From: Faecousia sp.
Lineage (GTDB): Bacteria; Bacillota; Clostridia; Oscillospirales; Oscillospiraceae
Length of the DNA stretch: 61,911 bases
Assembly: GCA_045585915.1 (NCBI GenBank)
Contig: JAZMZJ010000086.1
Coordinates: 1 to 61,911 of the forward strand
Direction: 5' to 3'
Below, in pieces: positions 57,805-61,911 of the stretch. Below the pieces are notes generated by a model. It saw nothing but the letters and a program-made list of their open reading frames with translations. It did not search any database and was not told the DNA's origin. Position numbers and translations under genes: made by a program. Position 1 is the stretch's first letter, and the number at the start of each line of letters is the position of its first letter.

Positions 57805-59265
57805 ATGCTCTTTTCCAGTATTCCTTTCTTGTATTATTTTCTGCCGGCTGTGATTATCAGCTATTTTCTCATTTCCTGGGCGGTGAAAGGCGGCCTTAAA
57901 CTCTGCGGTGTTCAGGCCGAAAAGGCAGCCAAAGCTGGCCTTTTTACCAAGAACCTGATTTTGCTGCTTTTCAGCCTGGTGTTCTATGCCTGGGGCGAGC
58001 CGCTGTATGTGTTCCTGATGATTGGTACCATCCTGATGTTTTGGGGCACAGGCTGGGCCATTGGTGCTGCCCAAAAGCAGTTCTGGAAGCGGTTTTGGCT
58101 CATTTTTGCTATTGTGTCAAGCATTGGCATTTTGGCGGTGTTTAAGTATGCGGACTTCTTTATTGAGAATGTCCGTGCCCTCACCGGCCTGAATATTGCC
58201 CTTTTGAAGCTGGCCCTGCCTGTGGGCATCAGCTTCTATACCTTCCAGGCATTAAGCTATACCATCGATGTGTACCGGGGCGATACCCAGGTGCAGAAGG
58301 ACCCTGTTAGCTTCGGTGCCTATGTCACCCTGTTTCCTCAGCTGATTGCCGGACCTATCGTTCGCTATGTAGATGTGGCCCGGGAACTGAAGGACCGTAC
58401 ACACACTTGGGAGAACATAGCCCTGGGCTTGCGCAGATTTTTGGTTGGCTTGGGCAAAAAGATTATCCTTGCCGATAACTTTGCACTGTTAATGGAGATG
58501 TTCCGCAAGTCGGGCGATCAATCTGTGCTGTTCTACTGGATTTATGTGATTGCCTTTGCCTTTAATATCTATTTTGATTTCTCCGGCTATTCCGATATGG
58601 CCATTGGCCTTGGCAAGGTGTTCGGCTTCAACTTTATCGAAAACTTCAATTATCCCTATACCTCCAAGTCCGTGGCGGAGTTTTGGCGCCGCTGGCATAT
58701 GAGCCTGGGCTCCTGGTTCCGGGATTATATCTATATCCCCCTGGGTGGCAACCGGGTGAGCAAGCTTAGATGGGTGTTCAACACCCTGGTGGTTTGGATG
58801 CTCACCGGATTTTGGCACGGTGCAAACTGGAATTTCATTCTGTGGGGTCTGTTGTACGCGGTGTGTCTGATGATTGAAAAGTGGGTGCCTGCCCTGCAAA
58901 AGCTGCCCAATGTGCTGCGGCGGCTGTATACCTTGCTGGTGGTTGCCCTGGGCTGGGTGCTCTTCAACGCCACTGACTTGAGCCAGCTTGGTACAGACCT
59001 TGCCGGCATGCTTGGCCTTAGCGGTCTGCCTTTTGTGAGCGCCGAGACGCTTTATTACCTGCGTTCCTTTGCCCTGGTGCTTATCCTGGGCTTCATCGGC
59101 TCTACGCCTCTGGTGCGTGACACCGCCAACCGCCTGTCAAATAGTCGCCGCTTTGGCGCGGTGACCACGGTGGTGGAAATTGCGGTGATGCTGGGCATTC
59201 TGCTCATCTGCACCGGCTATTTGGTGGACGGCGCCTTCAGCCCGTTCCTGTATTTCCGCTTCTAA
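57805..59265 (+). CDS. MBOAT family O-acyltransferase (AlgI/PatA/DltB-like)
   Basis: LPVGISFYTFQ, FPQLIAGPI, DFSGYSDMAIG, FWRRWH, GFWHGA. Confidence 0.95.
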   Translation: MLFSSIPFLYYFLPAVIISYFLISWAVKGGLKLCGVQAEKAAKAGLFTKNLILLLFSLVFYAWGEPLYVFLMIGTILMFWGTGWAIGAAQKQFWKRFWLIFAIVSSIGILAVFKYADFFIENVRALTGLNIALLKLALPVGISFYTFQALSYTIDVYRGDTQVQKDPVSFGAYVTLFPQLIAGPIVRYVDVARELKDRTHTWENIALGLRRFLVGLGKKIILADNFALLMEMFRKSGDQSVLFYWIYVIAFAFNIYFDFSGYSDMAIGLGKVFGFNFIENFNYPYTSKSVAEFWRRWHMSLGSWFRDYIYIPLGGNRVSKLRWVFNTLVVWMLTGFWHGANWNFILWGLLYAVCLMIEKWVPALQKLPNVLRRLYTLLVVALGWVLFNATDLSQLGTDLAGMLGLSGLPFVSAETLYYLRSFALVLILGFIGSTPLVRDTANRLSNSRRFGAVTTVVEIAVMLGILLICTGYLVDGAFSPFLYFRF

Positions 59266-59277
59266 GGAGGTAACACC

Positions 59278-60396
59278 ATGAATAATAAAATAAGAGGGAT
59301 TGGTGTTGCCTGCGTGGTGATTCTGTGGGCGGCAATCACCGGCTTTGCCTGGTTTGGCCCTTCCAAGGATTTTTCCACCACCGAGCGCGCTCAGCTCCAG
59401 CAGTTTCCGGAGCTGACTGTAGACACCCTTGTTGCCAAGGGTGATAAGAACTTTATGACCCAGTTCAATGAGTATACTCTGGACCAGTTCCCCCTGCGGG
59501 ATCAGTTCCGCCAGCTTAAGGCCCTGTTCCACCTGAATGTGATGGGCTATAGAGATAACAACGGCCTCTATATCCACGATGGATATATTACTGATATGAC
59601 CGCCGTGACCGACAATAAGCGCATCGAGCAGAATATGGCCTCCTTAAAGCGCATTTATGAGCTTTACCTGAAGGAAGCAAACTGTAATGTTGCTGTGGCG
59701 ATTGTGCCGGATAAAAACTATTATATGGCAGAGGATACCGGCCACCTGTCCCTGGATTACGATGCGGTGTTTGGCGCCGTTAAGGAAGCCACCAATGGCT
59801 GGGCCACTTATGTGGATTTGACCGGGCTTTTGGAGCTGGAGGATTTTTATTATACCGATACCCACTGGCGCCAGGAAAAAATTCTTGATGTGGCCCAGGC
59901 CATCGCCAAGGTATACGGCGTTCAGGGCCCCAAGGCAGAGGACTTTACCGAAACCAAGCTGGAAAACCCCTTCTTTGGTGTTTATTACGGGCAGATTGCC
60001 CTGCCCGTACCCGGGGAGGACCTGATTGTGCTCAACAATGCTATACTGGACGGCTGCACAGTGACCGTGGAAACCAGAGAAAGCGTTAAGGGCGTTTATG
60101 ATATGACCAAGGCAGACCACTATGACCTGTATGAGGTGTTCCTCTCCGGCCCGGTGGCTACCATCGTTATTGAAAATCCCAATGCCCGTACCGATAAGGA
60201 GCTGATTGTCATCCGGGATTCCTTCGGCAGCAGCCTGACACCTCTTTTGGTGCAGGACTATGCCAAGGTCACCGTGCTGGACAGCCGCTGGCTTACCGCC
60301 GGTACTCGTGATTTCGGCAAGTATGTCACCTTTGAAAATCAGGATGTGCTGCTGGTATACAGCGCCCTGGTTATGAATAATATGAATCTGAAATAA
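59278..60396 (+). CDS. DHHW-family (AlgJ/AlgX-like) protein
   Basis: N-terminal TM; DQFPLRD, YYTDTHW, RDSFGS. Confidence 0.88.
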   Translation: MNNKIRGIGVACVVILWAAITGFAWFGPSKDFSTTERAQLQQFPELTVDTLVAKGDKNFMTQFNEYTLDQFPLRDQFRQLKALFHLNVMGYRDNNGLYIHDGYITDMTAVTDNKRIEQNMASLKRIYELYLKEANCNVAVAIVPDKNYYMAEDTGHLSLDYDAVFGAVKEATNGWATYVDLTGLLELEDFYYTDTHWRQEKILDVAQAIAKVYGVQGPKAEDFTETKLENPFFGVYYGQIALPVPGEDLIVLNNAILDGCTVTVETRESVKGVYDMTKADHYDLYEVFLSGPVATIVIENPNARTDKELIVIRDSFGSSLTPLLVQDYAKVTVLDSRWLTAGTRDFGKYVTFENQDVLLVYSALVMNNMNLK

Positions 60397-60436
60397 ATGC
60401 AAAAACCGCTCGGATTTCCGAGCGGTTTTTGCATTT
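60395..60436. terminator. bidirectional terminator
   Basis: AAATGCAAAAACCGCTCGG-ATTT-CCGAGCGGTTTTTGCATTT. Confidence 0.9.
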
Positions 60437-60437
60437 G

Positions 60438-60550
60438 AATTGACAATCGAAAATGGACAATTGACAATTAAGGTGTCGGCTTTGCCGACTATTAAATCAT
60501 CGCGTTAGCGATACCACAATTGTCAATTATCAACTGTCAATTGTTAATTG
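60438..60550. repeat. heptamer-repeat palindromic element
   Basis: (AATTGAC)-like units on the left, (AATTGTC)-like units on the right, two small internal hairpins. Confidence 0.7.
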
Positions 60551-60555
60551 AAGTA

Positions 60556-61020
60556 TTATTTCGCGTTGTTGAAAATCTCGGCTAAATCTTCCACATTGGT
60601 GGAGAGGATCATAGCCAGGTAATTGCCACGGGTGATAATCTGTGCTTTTTTAACTACCTTGTTCATTTCAGGGGAGTAGGAGGCGCTTTGGGCATCCAGG
60701 GCGGCAAGCCGGCTTTCCGCCAGGGTTTTCAGCCTGGAAAGGGCTTCGGCAGAGGTTGCCTTAATCAGCCAAATTTCAGCAGCCATAATGCCGCTGTTGT
60801 AGCTATATACATAGGCCTCCTGACAGTCCTCGGGGATGATGCCGTACATATCCAGCAGCCAGCCGGGGTTGATGGGGGTCATGGTTTCGTCGGTGGCGTT
60901 GTCCATGGCAGCATATATCTGTTCCAGGTTCAGCTCCAAAGGCTCTTCGGCAGTGCCTGCGCAGGCAGCCAGTCCAAGGGCAGTGCATAATACCAGCAAA
61001 AGGGCAATGTATTTTTTCAT
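60556..61020 (-). CDS. DUF4358-like lipoprotein
   Basis: Lipobox LAAC; AEIWLIKA, YSPE...VKKA.I...GNYLAMI. Confidence 0.75.
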   Translation of the reverse strand: MKKYIALLLVLCTALGLAACAGTAEEPLELNLEQIYAAMDNATDETMTPINPGWLLDMYGIIPEDCQEAYVYSYNSGIMAAEIWLIKATSAEALSRLKTLAESRLAALDAQSASYSPEMNKVVKKAQIITRGNYLAMILSTNVEDLAEIFNNAK

Positions 61021-61031
61021 CCGCTTACTCC

Positions 61032-61898
61032 TTATTGCACATAGCCGTCATAGGCCTTGAGCACCTGCACCCAGCGCTCCGTGGCGGCATAGGTAAGATG
61101 CACATAGTTATCCGAGCAGTAGGGGGCGGCAAGACCGTTGGTAGAGTCTTTCAGGTAGGATGCCACATCAATATAACTGTGTCCGTTTTCTGCGGCATAA
61201 GCCTTCAGACGCTCGTTATACTGATCTGCGTGGCGGTTATTCAGGTCACCGATTTCTCCGCCGGTCCAGATGGGGGACATAGACTGAATATAGAATTGCA
61301 CATCTGGGGACTTTTCCTTAATGCGATTGATGAGGGTGGTCCAATTATTGATGGTGGCATCAATGCCATAGAGGGCAATGTCGTTCATACCCAGCATAAT
61401 GAAAATCTTTTTTCCACCGGTGGCGGCAACCGCATCTTCAATGGACATTTCCTGCCCTTGATAGTACATCTTCAGGTAACCGTAGACGGCATTTGCCACG
61501 CCGTAGCTGCCTTGAACCAGGAACTTGGCGTTGCCCAGGTCACCGGTGTTGTTGGCGTGATAGGAGAGCATCAGGGATACGGAGTCACCGATAAACACTG
61601 CATCATCAAAGAATGAACTGTCAACATACTGAGCGGTGGGGGCGGCCAGCACCAGGTCCCGGGAGCCCTGCACAGGGGGATTGGTGGGAGGATTCGTTGG
61701 AGGATCGGTAGGAGGATCCGTAGGGGGATCGGTAGGCGCTTCGGTGGGCGCTTCGGTGGGCGCTTCGGTAGGTGCTTCAGTAGGTGCTTCGATAGGCGCT
61801 TCAGTAGGTGCTTCGGTGGGCTCACTGGCCGGGGCGCAGCTTGCCAGCAAACCGGTAAGCAGGCACACAGCCAGCATAAGGACAATGAGCTTTTTCAT
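61032..61898 (-). CDS. SGNH/GDSL hydrolase lipoprotein with Pro/Thr-rich stalk
   Basis: Lipobox LASC; (EAPT)n/(DPPT)n 12-bp tandem repeats at ~61680-61820; FIGDS, MLGMND, DNYVH. Confidence 0.9.
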   Translation of the reverse strand: MKKLIVLMLAVCLLTGLLASCAPASEPTEAPTEAPIEAPTEAPTEAPTEAPTEAPTDPPTDPPTDPPTNPPTNPPVQGSRDLVLAAPTAQYVDSSFFDDAVFIGDSVSLMLSYHANNTGDLGNAKFLVQGSYGVANAVYGYLKMYYQGQEMSIEDAVAATGGKKIFIMLGMNDIALYGIDATINNWTTLINRIKEKSPDVQFYIQSMSPIWTGGEIGDLNNRHADQYNERLKAYAAENGHSYIDVASYLKDSTNGLAAPYCSDNYVHLTYAATERWVQVLKAYDGYVQ

Positions 61899-61911
61899 TT
61901 CATTTTCCTCC

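Overview
Chromosomal window from a Clostridia-type firmicute (Oscillospiraceae-like gene content; the taxonomy is an inference). 1-9.8 kb is the end of the spc/alpha ribosomal protein operon (rplX to rplQ, with secY, adk, map, infA, rpoA). It is followed by an orphan phage-like RinA/ArpU mini-operon under a double-operator promoter, a DEDDh exonuclease, and tRNA-Trp/tRNA-Ile2. About 12.6-27.9 kb is an accessory island and the most interesting part. There, a Xer-type tyrosine recombinase sits next to a ~270 bp segment bounded by two inverted dif-like sites. The segment carries a sigma-A promoter currently pointing away (OFF) from a three-gene surface operon. All three proteins carry a closely related cohesin: a lipid-anchored collagen/beta-repeat fibre, a 1667-aa cohesin+dockerin protein with a very long Ser/Thr-rich segment resembling a beta-pore-forming hairpin plus BspA-type LRRs, and a short membrane anchor. 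I read this as a candidate phase-variable, non-cellulosomal cohesin-dockerin surface machine (inference). The island also carries Fic, a PIN-domain protein and a TcmP/radical-SAM pair, and ends at a tRNA-Trp 3' fragment that is inverted relative to the tRNA. The rest is mostly housekeeping: a direct-repeat-flanked amino-acid catabolic cassette, an amino-acid ABC transporter, a ParB-BMP fusion behind a MITE, mscS, a candidate anti-SD sRNA, asnS, tRNA-Gln and a degenerate tRNA-Lys, partial cps genes, mntP and an MBOAT/DHHW/SGNH O-acetylation cluster. No CRISPR array or rRNA was seen. All family calls come from reading motifs by eye; no database searches were run.
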